Assembly: GCA_965218095.1 (NCBI GenBank)
Contig: OZ244587.1
Location: 4,000,001-4,064,000, forward strand
Reading direction: 5' to 3'
DNA length: 64,000 nucleotides
Source: Candidatus Poribacteria bacterium
GTDB taxonomy: Bacteria > Poribacteria > WGA-4E > PCPOR2b
The notes beneath the pieces were generated by a model that searched no databases, had not been told where the DNA came from, and saw only the letters and a program-made list of their open reading frames with translations. The position numbers were made by a program, and so were the translations under genes. This document shows, in pieces, positions 10,169 to 19,802 of the stretch; positions within the stretch are counted from its first letter, which is position 1; every line of letters begins with the position of its first letter.

Positions 10169-11281
10169 CTAACAGACAACCGCCGCCGATACCGCATTGG
10201 AAACCCGCTGGAGCAAACTTCCATTATCCACCATCTGATTCGTCAAAATCACACACAGCAACTCCCGGTCAGGGTCGGCCCATGCCACCGTGCCAGTCGC
10301 GCCGGTGTGGCCAAAGGTCGCCGGGGAGACCAATTCACCGAAAAAGTTCCACACTTTTGAACCTGCCAACCCCCAGCCCAATCCCCAAGGCGCATTCAGC
10401 GTGCTGTTCTGGTCCGTTGTCATTGCCTTGACCGCAGCCGGACTGAAGACCTGTTTCCTGTCGTACGTACCACCGTTGAGCATAGTTTGCAACAGGATGG
10501 CTAGATCTGGAGCCGTGCTGTGCATCCCGCCCCACGGATTACCCAAATCCCGCCAGTAAGGGCTGTTTGGTCCAAAACGCTGCTGGTCTTCGGTCTCCTC
10601 TTTCGAGGTCCCACACCAAACCGTCTCAGGAATCTTAAATCTTCCCAGCCCCAGTGCGCTATTCTTCATTCCTAGCGGCTGGAAGATTTCTTCCGCCTCG
10701 AAATCCCGCAGGCGTTTTCCTGTAAGTCGCGCTACAATCTCCGACGCCAGCAGGATGCCTTTGCTCTGGTAGCTAAAATTTGTATTGGGTGAGTAAAGCA
10801 GCGGGGTTTGAGTCGCGTGACGGACGAACTCGTTTAACGGTGCGTGGGCGCGACGCAACTCCGTATTCTCAGGCAGCATGTCAGGCATGCCCGACGTGTG
10901 CGACAACAGATACCGGACCCGCACCTTGTCGCGTTCCCCGCCTTGAAACTCCGGCAAGTAAAGGGAGACCGAGTCATCAAGGGAGACTTGTCCCCGATCG
11001 ACCAGCAACATCAAGGCGCAAGCCGTGACCGGTTTGGTAATCGACGCCAGCAGGAAAACGGAGTCTGGCTTGACCGGGGGTGAATCCGCGTCAGGTGTCA
11101 GATGCCCATAGCCTTTTGAGTGGACGATTGTCTGGCTGCGAGCCAGCAGCAGCGCCGCCGCCGTAATCCGTCGGTTTTTGATTTCAGATTCAAGCATTGC
11201 TTCCGCCTGTGAAAGAGCTTCCTGAGACATTCCAACATCTGAGGCAGAACCTACCTTTAGTTTGGCGTGGATTGTTGACAT
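10169..11281 (-). CDS. serine hydrolase (beta-lactamase/AmpC-like family)
   Basis: SxxK (SITK), LLSHTSG, FSYQS, FGHTG. Confidence 0.88.
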   Translation of the reverse strand: MSTIHAKLKVGSASDVGMSQEALSQAEAMLESEIKNRRITAAALLLARSQTIVHSKGYGHLTPDADSPPVKPDSVFLLASITKPVTACALMLLVDRGQVSLDDSVSLYLPEFQGGERDKVRVRYLLSHTSGMPDMLPENTELRRAHAPLNEFVRHATQTPLLYSPNTNFSYQSKGILLASEIVARLTGKRLRDFEAEEIFQPLGMKNSALGLGRFKIPETVWCGTSKEETEDQQRFGPNSPYWRDLGNPWGGMHSTAPDLAILLQTMLNGGTYDRKQVFSPAAVKAMTTDQNSTLNAPWGLGWGLAGSKVWNFFGELVSPATFGHTGATGTVAWADPDRELLCVILTNQMVDNGSLLQRVSNAVSAAVVC

Positions 11282-11477
11282 AGTTTACCTGATGATTTCC
11301 TTTCGTTGTTCTGTGCTAGCACCGAGCTTATGATACGAGTTTGTCACTTTCGGCGAGTGAAGTAAAAGATGATACCGGAGAGGAAACTGGGAACCCCATC
11401 TTGCCTACCCCTGTCAACATAGATAGCCACTTAGAGCCTTCATTGGCATTCGCGTGAGAAACTCGCACCAAAGGTTC

Positions 11478-12507
11478 TTATAAATACCAAGCCCGTGCCT
11501 CCATCAAAACTTCTCGCAGTCGCTTGCCGACAATCAGCTCTTCGCCCGGCTAAAGACTGAGAGAAAAAACCGTAAGTGGGCTGCCTTTTCGCTTGACCGG
11601 CTTCCCGTCAGGACCAACCGGCGGAAAGAATTCACGGACCCGCGTCACGTAGGGGTTGTAATTGCATAACACCGATATCGGCGGATTGCCTTCGCGCAAC
11701 TCGCGCTCACACTCGTCCGTGCCTAATCCAAGGGCCTCTTCATCCCAGCACACAACCAGTTGCATGAACCGGTTGCTGCCTGTGCGGACTTCAATCCTGG
11801 TTTTAACGCTGGGGACAGATTCCACGATAACCGCAATTCTTTCCGGCATCTCCGTTTGTTCTCGATACAGCGCATCAAGATCGATGGTCAGCCACTTTTC
11901 AAGCGCCGCCATGCAGCCGATAATCTCTTCCTTGCCGACTTTCATTGCACGGCACACCGCGCCTTCAACGGGAGCTGCATTGGCGAGCGCTGCATCGATT
12001 AAGTCCGCCCCAGTAACAGCTAGCTGGTCTGGGGACCGCGTAACCCTTTACCGCCGCTAAACCCATATAAGTCCAAAGTCCACACCCATAGGCGGATATC
12101 TTCGGATATTGTCGATCGGTGGGATGCCGCCGGCCGCGTCAACAAATACGGGGACACCTGAAGATTTGCAGATCGATACCATCTCCGTCAACGGAGGCGG
12201 ATTAACCGGGTCTGGGTCAGCGGGGTATCCCGTGTAAAGCATGGCGGTCTCTCTGTTGATAGCGCTGCGGAGTTCATCCAGGGTGTTGACGACCACCGGC
12301 ACCCCGCTGCAGTTCGACTACGTCAACCATGTAATGCGACGCTTCCTCAATAGCACGGTGCACCTCCGGCCACACCACTGTAGCGCTCAAAAAGGTGAAC
12401 GGAAGGTTCGCATTGATGAACGGCTTGACTCCCAGACGGATGTAAACGTTGTCATCGAAGCTATGGTCTGTTGCCTCTGCATCCGTTCGCTTGGTTTGGC
12501 GATTCAT
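11478..12507 (-). pseudogene. second SelA-like PLP enzyme, multiple frameshifts and a stop
   Basis: Fragments YIRLGVKPFINA, VPVFVDAAG, CRAMKVGKEEI, SL*PGEE (TAG where the paralog has Q). Confidence 0.8.
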
Positions 12508-12549
12508 TCAGAGCTCCTTATCCATCTGCATTTTGAGTTGATGCATCCC

Positions 12550-12610
12550 TGTCATCCTGAATAGAGTGAGGGATCTCCTTTAACCAAGACTCTTCGCTTC
12601 GAGAGTGACA
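12550..12610. repeat. TGTCA-type REP-like palindrome
   Basis: TGTCATCCTGAA...GGATCT...AGACTCTTCGCTTCGAGAGTGACA; related copies at 24157, 43931, 44018, 45406. Confidence 0.6.
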
Positions 12611-12717
12611 TTATACGCATTCTCAAATCTGTGTCAATAAGAAAATGCAGCACATGGGTATCCATCTCGAACCTGCGGAAGGTTGAGGCGGATTGGGGAA
12701 AAGGGTCACAATTTTGA

Positions 12718-12746
12718 TTGACAAAATATATCGGTCGTGATAAGTT
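12718..12746 (+). promoter_or_regulatory. putative sigma70 promoter
   Basis: TTGACA-17 bp-TAAGTT with a TGn extended -10. Confidence 0.4.
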
Positions 12747-12924
12747 ACATCGTATCAGGGGGGAATTGGTGTGATTAATCGAAATCGGGAGACACTAAAA
12801 TCCAAAATAGAGTAGTTGGACAAAATTATCTCAACCCTTCATACCAATGGCATCGGCATCTTGATGACGAGTGACGAGCAGTTATCACTTGTCACTCCAA
12901 ATCAAAAAAGGAGAGTGAATAGCA

Positions 12925-13266
12925 ATGACGACGGATATATATGTCATATGGCTCTCACAAGGAGAGAGTGTAAGCGGAGATCTGGAACGTATTCTCGATC
13001 CAGTGGATATGGCAAGCATCGGCCACTTTACTGTGTCGAAAGCGCAACCAACGGAGCTACACTATCACGATTACGATGAGTATTGGTACTTTATTGAGGG
13101 CACAACCACTGTCATGCTGCGTACCCCTGATGGTGCGAGTAAATCGTATTGGATTGGGCCGGGCGATTTGATTGTGACTCCCAAAGGTGTTGAACACAGG
13201 CACCTCCCCGATGACGCCGTAAAAGGGGTTCAATGGGTCAGCGTGATCGAACCGAATGCCCGTTGA
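12925..13266 (+). CDS. cupin domain protein
   Basis: HYHDYDEYWYFIEG, GDLIVTPKGVEH; frame continues GHLHRE* after the TGA, so the stop may be premature. Confidence 0.8.
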   Translation: MTTDIYVIWLSQGESVSGDLERILDPVDMASIGHFTVSKAQPTELHYHDYDEYWYFIEGTTTVMLRTPDGASKSYWIGPGDLIVTPKGVEHRHLPDDAVKGVQWVSVIEPNAR

Positions 13267-13455
13267 GGGCACTTACACCGAGAATAAGCAAATCCGTGAA
13301 TGGGCAAAGATAGATGAGTATGGTAGGACGATGGGTTCATCAGTTCATGAGTTCATTTACATTTCACGTTTTACGCATTACGTTTTATACGCTGTGATGA
13401 AAACGTGAGCAGTTACGGTATTTATGCTCAAACTATATTTACACGAGGAGCACTC

Positions 13456-14352
13456 ATGTCAACACAACACGCAACAATACCCCGCCGTCGATTGGGGCGT
13501 ACCGGTTTAGAAGTGACTGCACTCAGTATGGGGGGTGCAGGAATCGGGAGAGGAGGTGTCACCGACGACGAAGCAGTCGAGGCTGTGCATCGAGCAATAG
13601 AGTTAGGAATCAACTACCTTGACACCGCACCGTTGTATGGTGACTGCGAAAGCGAAAGACGAGTGGGACTTGCGCTGACTGGCAGCTGGCGTGAGAAGAT
13701 CTATCTTGCCACCAAGACAGGAACCCATCCAGAATGGCGAGGCAACTTTTCTGCCTCAACAACGCGGAGAAGCATCGAAAATAGTCTCCATCTGTTGGGT
13801 ACGGACTATCTGGATGTATGCCTCGTTCATGACCCAAGCAGCATGGAGCCTGTGATTGCGAAGGACGGGGCGTTCGAGGAGTTACAGCACATGCGTGAAG
13901 AAGGATTGGTGCGCTTTATAGGGCTTGGCGTCCGTGAACATGAGTTTCATCGCATCGCTATCGAAACCGGCGTCGTGGACGTCATCCTGACTCATTTCGA
14001 CTACACGCTGCTTCGCCAGACCGCTGCTGAGAGTTTGCTGCCTTTGGCAGCAGAGCACGACATCGGCGTCATCAACGGCAGCCCAATTGCAATGGGACTG
14101 CTTTCAGGCGTTGAACCGGATCCCAGACCGGCTGAAGGGCAACGGGCGTACCAACTCTGGAAGTGGGCAAAAGAGAACGATCTGAATCTGCTTAACCTTG
14201 CAATCCAATTCTGCCTCCGCCAGTCACTCATCCATGTCAACCTCACCGGCTCCAAAGACGCAACAGAGGTTGAGCAGAACTTTGCTGCAGCGACGACGCC
14301 GGTTCCGGAGGAAATTTGGGAAAAATTAGCGGCTGTGATGCGCGATCTGTAG
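13456..14352 (+). CDS. aldo/keto reductase
   Basis: RRLGRTGLEVT, DTAPLYG, LATK, LGTDYLD..LVHDP; GAGGAG RBS. Confidence 0.9.
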   Translation: MSTQHATIPRRRLGRTGLEVTALSMGGAGIGRGGVTDDEAVEAVHRAIELGINYLDTAPLYGDCESERRVGLALTGSWREKIYLATKTGTHPEWRGNFSASTTRRSIENSLHLLGTDYLDVCLVHDPSSMEPVIAKDGAFEELQHMREEGLVRFIGLGVREHEFHRIAIETGVVDVILTHFDYTLLRQTAAESLLPLAAEHDIGVINGSPIAMGLLSGVEPDPRPAEGQRAYQLWKWAKENDLNLLNLAIQFCLRQSLIHVNLTGSKDATEVEQNFAAATTPVPEEIWEKLAAVMRDL

Positions 14353-14374
14353 AACGTACTGCTTTCATTTGCAT

Positions 14375-15316
14375 TTATTCTGTTTTTTCACCCTGCCGTA
14401 GTGAGACATAACTCCGATAGCGAACCGGGCTAATCTCACCTTTGCTGACAGCCTCGATAACCGCACAACCGGGCTCAGACAGGTGGACGCAATCGTTGTA
14501 TTTGCATTCACCAAGGTAGCGCTCCAATTCTGGGAAATACAGGTCGAGATTTTCGGTATCAACGCCCCACAAGCCAACCTCTCGAATACCCGGCGTATCT
14601 GCAACGTTGCCACCACATTCTAAGTGAAAGAGTTCAACCAGCGTCGTTGTATGCCGCCCTTTTCCTGTTTTCAGTCCCACTTCAGCGACGCGCAAGCCCA
14701 GGCCCGGCTGAACGGCATTCAGGAGGCTCGACTTCCCAACCCCCGACGCGCCAACGATAACACTGAATTTATCCTTCAGCACCTGCCAGAGATCATCAAT
14801 GCTTTGCGGGGCTTTGATACTCGTAAAAATCACCTGGTATCCGAGTTGCTCGTAGGCACTCAGGATGGATCTCAACTTTCGCCGTTCAGCCGAATCGATG
14901 AGATCGGTTTTATTCAGGCAGACAACGGCATCCATCTCCCCCGCTTCCGCTAAGATCAGGAATCGATCCAGGAAGCGAAAGTTGAGGTCAGGCAAACGGG
15001 TCGAGAGGACAGCGACCACCTGATCGGCATTGGCGACGACAATCTGCTCAATTTCCTCACGCTTGCCAGGGTATTTGCGCGAGAATTTTGTTCGACGCGG
15101 CAGAATTTCCTCAATGACGCCCTCCCCGTCATCAATCTGCGCGAAGATCACTTCATCACCGACAGCGACGGGGTCTGCATAGATCTGCCTGCCTTCCTCA
15201 GATCGCAGTTTACGCTTAACCCGCCCGCGGAGCGTACAGCGAAATACCGCGTCGCTGTGTTGTACATCATAGAAGCTTGTTCGGGCTCGAATGACTTGTC
15301 CTTGTATCTTTTTCAT
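14375..15316 (-). CDS. rsgA: ribosome small subunit-dependent GTPase A
   Basis: Circularly permuted GTPase: NKTD, GASGVGKSS, GRHTTT, DTPG; C-terminal CxxxxCxHxxxxxC zinc site. Confidence 0.95.
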   Translation of the reverse strand: MKKIQGQVIRARTSFYDVQHSDAVFRCTLRGRVKRKLRSEEGRQIYADPVAVGDEVIFAQIDDGEGVIEEILPRRTKFSRKYPGKREEIEQIVVANADQVVAVLSTRLPDLNFRFLDRFLILAEAGEMDAVVCLNKTDLIDSAERRKLRSILSAYEQLGYQVIFTSIKAPQSIDDLWQVLKDKFSVIVGASGVGKSSLLNAVQPGLGLRVAEVGLKTGKGRHTTTLVELFHLECGGNVADTPGIREVGLWGVDTENLDLYFPELERYLGECKYNDCVHLSEPGCAVIEAVSKGEISPVRYRSYVSLRQGEKTE

Positions 15317-15370
15317 ACCAAGTAAAACGTAAGAGGTAATAGAATTCCGCTTACCCGGACACAAGCCACA

Positions 15371-16141
15371 TCACGAGATATAGGCTTGCATCGTTTGCAA
15401 CGCAGTCTCCACGTCGCGATCAAAATCATCAAAACTGCACTCGCAGGAGACTCGACCATCGTAGCCAGCCTGCTGAAGCGCAGCGAAGAAATCAGTGAAA
15501 TCGAAGTCATCGTTCCCCAGATAAGATCGCTTGACTGGCTCGGCGATGTGGACATGCTCCAACCACTCCGCCGCGTCGAGGATGTTTTGCATCGGCTCAT
15601 CTTCTTGCCAGACGTGGTAGAGGTCTGCCAGCAGTTTAATCCCTTCACGATTCACCTGTTGCGCCATCGCCAATCCATCGGCGACGGTTCGGATGATATT
15701 CCCTTCCCGATGACAAATCGGCTCAATCACGATTGTGATGCCGTTTGCTTCCGCGTGGTCGGCAGCCATGTCCAGAAATTCCGCGATCTGATCCAACGCC
15801 CTCTCGTGTGAATAACCTTCCTCGACATCGCGCGAGCCGCTGCTCCCGTAGACAATGATCTCTCCGCCGATCTCCTTTGCACGACGGCAAGCGGTTTCAA
15901 CATAACGCGACAATCGTGGAGAATCAACGGAATCCCCAACAACGCGTAGATCGCCGGGAATGAAGCCCGCGTAAGCCTCGGGGTTCAAGGAAGCCTGTGC
16001 CACGCGATTACGAATCCTCTGAAACTCTGCATCACTTTCTTCAGGAATGAGCGTGTTTCTCACCCCCAATTCAATGTAGTCGTAGCCGACTGCTGTAAGC
16101 CGATCAATTTTTTCGAGTGGAGCGCACACGCCAAATCTCAT
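15371..16141 (-). CDS. sugar phosphate isomerase/epimerase family protein
   Basis: GYDYIEL, IVIEP, ADLYH, HVHIAE, GYDGRVSCEC. Confidence 0.85.
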   Translation of the reverse strand: MRFGVCAPLEKIDRLTAVGYDYIELGVRNTLIPEESDAEFQRIRNRVAQASLNPEAYAGFIPGDLRVVGDSVDSPRLSRYVETACRRAKEIGGEIIVYGSSGSRDVEEGYSHERALDQIAEFLDMAADHAEANGITIVIEPICHREGNIIRTVADGLAMAQQVNREGIKLLADLYHVWQEDEPMQNILDAAEWLEHVHIAEPVKRSYLGNDDFDFTDFFAALQQAGYDGRVSCECSFDDFDRDVETALQTMQAYIS

Positions 16142-16425
16142 TTGCCTTTTCCTTCCTTTACCAAATGGTCTAAGATGGTATCGATCAACGAAATAAGGAT
16201 TGCGGCAAAAATTGTGTTGATAAAGCCGTCGATCGTGAATCCTGCGATAAGCCAGTCTGTGATCCAAAGCAGAAAACCGTTAATCACGAACCAGAATAAT
16301 CCAAGCGTCACCACCATCAAGGGCAATGCAAGCAAAGCAAGAATGCCCCGAAACAGTGTTTTCAGGATGCCGTAGACGACAGCAGCCACCACCGCAATCC
16401 AGAGGCTATCGATCTTACGGACGAT
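16138..16425 (-). pseudogene. 4-TMS phage-holin-like (YvlD/DUF360) membrane protein lacking its first helix
   Basis: LALPLMVVTLGLFWFVINGFLLW motif; upstream frame is non-hydrophobic and unrelated. Confidence 0.6.
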
Positions 16426-16731
16426 AGGGTCCACGTCACGATAAAAACTGAAGCCGTGCGAAGAAACAGCCCTAAAAGTAGGTTTCGCATAAATTGATCT
16501 CCATCTCAAGTTGTTCAATTTGTTCTCTGAAATCTTGCGTGAAAACTGCAGATTCCTGTGGATGGGTATATTCGCATCTCATCGTCTCTAACTCTTCACG
16601 CAGTATTTTGAGCCATCGCTGAGAAGTCTTGAATCTCAAGGCCATTTCCTTCTTGCAATGGATTTCCGAGATCGATTGACTATTATAGCCAGTTAAGCTC
16701 ATCATGTCAAGCTAACGGGTCAAAAGCGCGG

Positions 16732-17334
16732 TTATAATGACAACTGAAGCACTATCACTGTATTGACGACAGCGATCGGTGCGGCGACAATAGTTTGAAG
16801 GAACGTGTGTCTTTTCCGGTGCACCCTTGCCCACCCAATCAACGGCAACAGGATGAACAACCAAGCAAACTGGATACTGATTAATGTCGTAAGTGCTGTC
16901 ATACACCCCGCGGCAACCCCACTGTGGAAACTGATTTTCCACGCCTGTGTAATTAAGGTAAACACAACCCCGTTAATGGCGCAGGCAATGCAGAGCCAGA
17001 CAATCTTTGGTGGTGCATGGAGGAGGTGTAAAATGCCGCTGCCGACAAGGGCACTCACAAGCGAAAACATCAGGGGTTTGGCGCGCTGTTCTCTAACAGT
17101 CAAGCGAACATCGCTCAGTTGCCCCAAACGAAAAAGTATCAAGATAAAGAGGATTGGCAGCACACTGGAAAACAGTATGACAATCAGCATCCACAAAAAC
17201 CCCTGCTGCATCGTCGCGACGGACATACGGACGATTAGCAGGATTGACGCAATCGGCAATAGGAATGGACTGAAGAGCACGGATATAGTAACAGCAATTC
17301 GATCGAGCATTTGTGTGTTTAGCGCATGACGCAT
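16732..17334 (-). CDS. PAP2-superfamily membrane protein
   Basis: Multiple TM helices, WKISFHSG and WARVHRKRH motifs. Confidence 0.7.
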   Translation of the reverse strand: MRHALNTQMLDRIAVTISVLFSPFLLPIASILLIVRMSVATMQQGFLWMLIVILFSSVLPILFILILFRLGQLSDVRLTVREQRAKPLMFSLVSALVGSGILHLLHAPPKIVWLCIACAINGVVFTLITQAWKISFHSGVAAGCMTALTTLISIQFAWLFILLPLIGWARVHRKRHTFLQTIVAAPIAVVNTVIVLQLSL

Positions 17335-17356
17335 TATTTTAGAGTCAGAACCGGTA

Positions 17357-17749
17357 TCAGGCGTGATTGACTATTTCTGACGATTTATGCCGATTCCAAC
17401 GAATCTTCCCACGATTCCATTCTTGATAGATTAGGAAAGCACCCAATGCCAACAATCCGTGGTGGAGTACCCTCGTGACCAATTTATACAGCATCACGAA
17501 CTGCCCGAGTGTCACGCGTTGAGTCAGCCAATTATCCAGTTCACCGCTGCCCCACTGGTCTATGTATAGACTAAAAACAAGGCTTGAAATCAAGCCGAAG
17601 GTCGAAGGAAAAACAAGCACAGCTGTGATAATTATCAAACCCTTTGAGCGTATACGGATACATAGCAATATCAACAAACCTGTGAATACTAACGTTAGGA
17701 CCAAAGTAATACCTAAAAGTGTGTATTGTACAAAATCAAACATCGGCAA
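17357..17749 (-). CDS. hypothetical membrane protein
   Basis: 130-aa ORF with three hydrophobic segments and GAGGAGG upstream. Confidence 0.6.
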   Translation of the reverse strand: MPMFDFVQYTLLGITLVLTLVFTGLLILLCIRIRSKGLIIITAVLVFPSTFGLISSLVFSLYIDQWGSGELDNWLTQRVTLGQFVMLYKLVTRVLHHGLLALGAFLIYQEWNRGKIRWNRHKSSEIVNHA

Positions 17750-17839
17750 ACCCTCCTCGCTTTTTCGTACATTACGAAAGCATATTATCTATTGTATCAT
17801 ATCATCAGCCTCCGTGCACATCAAATGCGCTGTTTTCCC

Positions 17840-17868
17840 TTGACACACCCCTTCATTTCTGCGACAAT
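17840..17868 (+). promoter_or_regulatory. putative sigma70 promoter of dppA
   Basis: TTGACA-17 bp-GACAAT with TGn extension, about 85 bp before the ATG. Confidence 0.5.
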
Positions 17869-17954
17869 ACTTTGATAGAAGCCTATATGCTGAAGGCTCA
17901 CTAAATTGTTAATACCGTTAGACTTCAATTATATCAATCTAGGAGTGGCTTTAC

Positions 17955-19529
17955 ATGAAACGACCATATCAATACATCTTTGCAATTTTTTTGTTTTTAA
18001 TATCTTCTGTCTATGTTGCTGACGCCAAAGTAATTGGCGGCACACTGATTTTTGGGCGCGGCGGTGATTCCGTTGGACTCGATCCTGCCCACGAAGAGGA
18101 TGGCGAATCCTTCAAGGTTTGTGAGAATATCTACGATCGGCTGGTACAATACAAAGACGAGAGCACGGAGGTCGAACCGGCGTTGGCGGAATCGTGGGAA
18201 TCATCGGAGGATGGGTTGACGTGGTGGTTCTATCTTCGCAAAGGCGTCAAGTTCCACGATGGCACACCCTTCAACGCGAACGCGGTGCTGTTCTCTCTCA
18301 ACCGACAGCACGATTCAAACCACCCCTTCCACAACGTCGGCGGTCCCTACATCTACTGGTCGGACACCGGGCTTGCAGAAATCGTGGATGAAATCACTGC
18401 GCCGGATGCGTACACCGTCCAGATCGCCCTCAAACGCCCGTACGCCCCTTTTATCTACACCATCGCGATGACGCCTTTTTCGATTGTCAGCCCAACCGCT
18501 CTCCAGAAATGGAAGGAGGATTTTACAAATCACCCTGTCGGCACGGGACCGTTCAAGTTTGCACGTTGGGACCGTGGGGATAAGGTCGTCTTGGAAGTGA
18601 ACAAAGACTATTGGGGGGGGCGTCCGCCGCTTGACCGCATTATCTTTCGATCCATCCCCGACAATTCGGTACGCCTTATCGAGTTGCAAAACGGAAGCAT
18701 CCACGCAATGGAATTTCCGAATCCGGATGACCTGCCCCAAATCCGTTCAGACTCCCAACTTAGAATTATCGAGCAACCCGGCATGAACGTCGGTTATCTT
18801 GCCATGAATCTGGATAAAAAGCCTTTCGACAATCTCAAGGTTCGCCTTGCCGTCAACCACGCAATCAACAAGCACCAGATCATCACACAGCTTTATCAAG
18901 GCATGGGCATCCCCGCCAAAAACCCCATCCCCCCGACAATGTGGAGCTATGATGACTCGATTGAGGAGTACACCTACAATCTAGCAAAGGCGAGAGCGTT
19001 ACTCACAGAGGCAGGTTACCCAAACGGCTTCGATACAACGCTGTGGGCATTGCCCGTACCACGCTCTTACATCCCCGATGGGAGTGCCCTTGCCGCGGCC
19101 ATTCAATCGGATTTGCGCCGCGTTGGAATCAAGGCACAGATCGTGACCCGCGATTGGGGGACGTATCTGGAGAAAACCAAAAATGGCGAGCACGACATGG
19201 CAATGCTCGGCTGGTCAGCCGATCTCGGCGATCCGGACAACTTCTTTTACTATCTCTTGAGTAAGGAGGCGGCGAAAAAACCGGCGGGGAATATCGCATT
19301 TTATCGGAGTGATGAAATGCAGGATACCCTTGTTCAGGCACAGTCAATCACCGACCAAGCCAAGCGAATCGAGCTATACAAAAAAGCCCAGGCGCTCTTT
19401 CACCGTGATGTCCCCTGGGTCCCACTCGCACACGCTAAACAGATCGTGATTATCAACAACCAGATCAAGAATCTCAAACTCCATCCGACGACATGGAAGT
19501 ATTTTCGGCAGATCTGGCTTGAGGAATGA
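17955..19529 (+). CDS. dppA: dipeptide ABC transporter substrate-binding protein
   Basis: Signal peptide, LDPA, PALAESW, LRKGVKFHDG, PVGTGPF, GWSADLGDPDNF. Confidence 0.9.
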   Translation: MKRPYQYIFAIFLFLISSVYVADAKVIGGTLIFGRGGDSVGLDPAHEEDGESFKVCENIYDRLVQYKDESTEVEPALAESWESSEDGLTWWFYLRKGVKFHDGTPFNANAVLFSLNRQHDSNHPFHNVGGPYIYWSDTGLAEIVDEITAPDAYTVQIALKRPYAPFIYTIAMTPFSIVSPTALQKWKEDFTNHPVGTGPFKFARWDRGDKVVLEVNKDYWGGRPPLDRIIFRSIPDNSVRLIELQNGSIHAMEFPNPDDLPQIRSDSQLRIIEQPGMNVGYLAMNLDKKPFDNLKVRLAVNHAINKHQIITQLYQGMGIPAKNPIPPTMWSYDDSIEEYTYNLAKARALLTEAGYPNGFDTTLWALPVPRSYIPDGSALAAAIQSDLRRVGIKAQIVTRDWGTYLEKTKNGEHDMAMLGWSADLGDPDNFFYYLLSKEAAKKPAGNIAFYRSDEMQDTLVQAQSITDQAKRIELYKKAQALFHRDVPWVPLAHAKQIVIINNQIKNLKLHPTTWKYFRQIWLEE

Positions 19530-19634
19530 AGCGTGAAACGTGATGCATGGGATTCTTTACGTTTCAGGTACGGAGATTCTTCGCTACGCTCTATTAGACT
19601 TCCAAGAAACTACCCGCAATGAGTTCATAGCATC

Positions 19635-19747
19635 AGGACTTACGCAATTGAATAGGCGGATTAATCCCCAACCTTCTGTGCATCTTGCATCGGATTCAAG
19701 ATTCAGGATACCGTAATCAGGTTCTGCACATCGGCTGCGTAAGTCCT
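19635..19747. mobile_element. MITE with 12-bp terminal inverted repeats
   Basis: AGGACTTACGCA ... TGCGTAAGTCCT, perfect IR around about 90 bp of non-coding DNA. Confidence 0.65.
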
Positions 19748-19802
19748 AACTGAAAACGGTATAATACATGCTAGTTTTACGCATCACACATGAGGTTGAC
19801 CC

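Noticed and set aside
8469-13266. Stop-codon recoding to explain in-frame TAG/TGA (8469, 11550, 13264; also in the zinc-finger remnant near 47944)
   Set aside because: Each stop is one transition from Trp, Gln or Arg, most of these genes also have frameshifts, and TAG/TGA end intact genes normally
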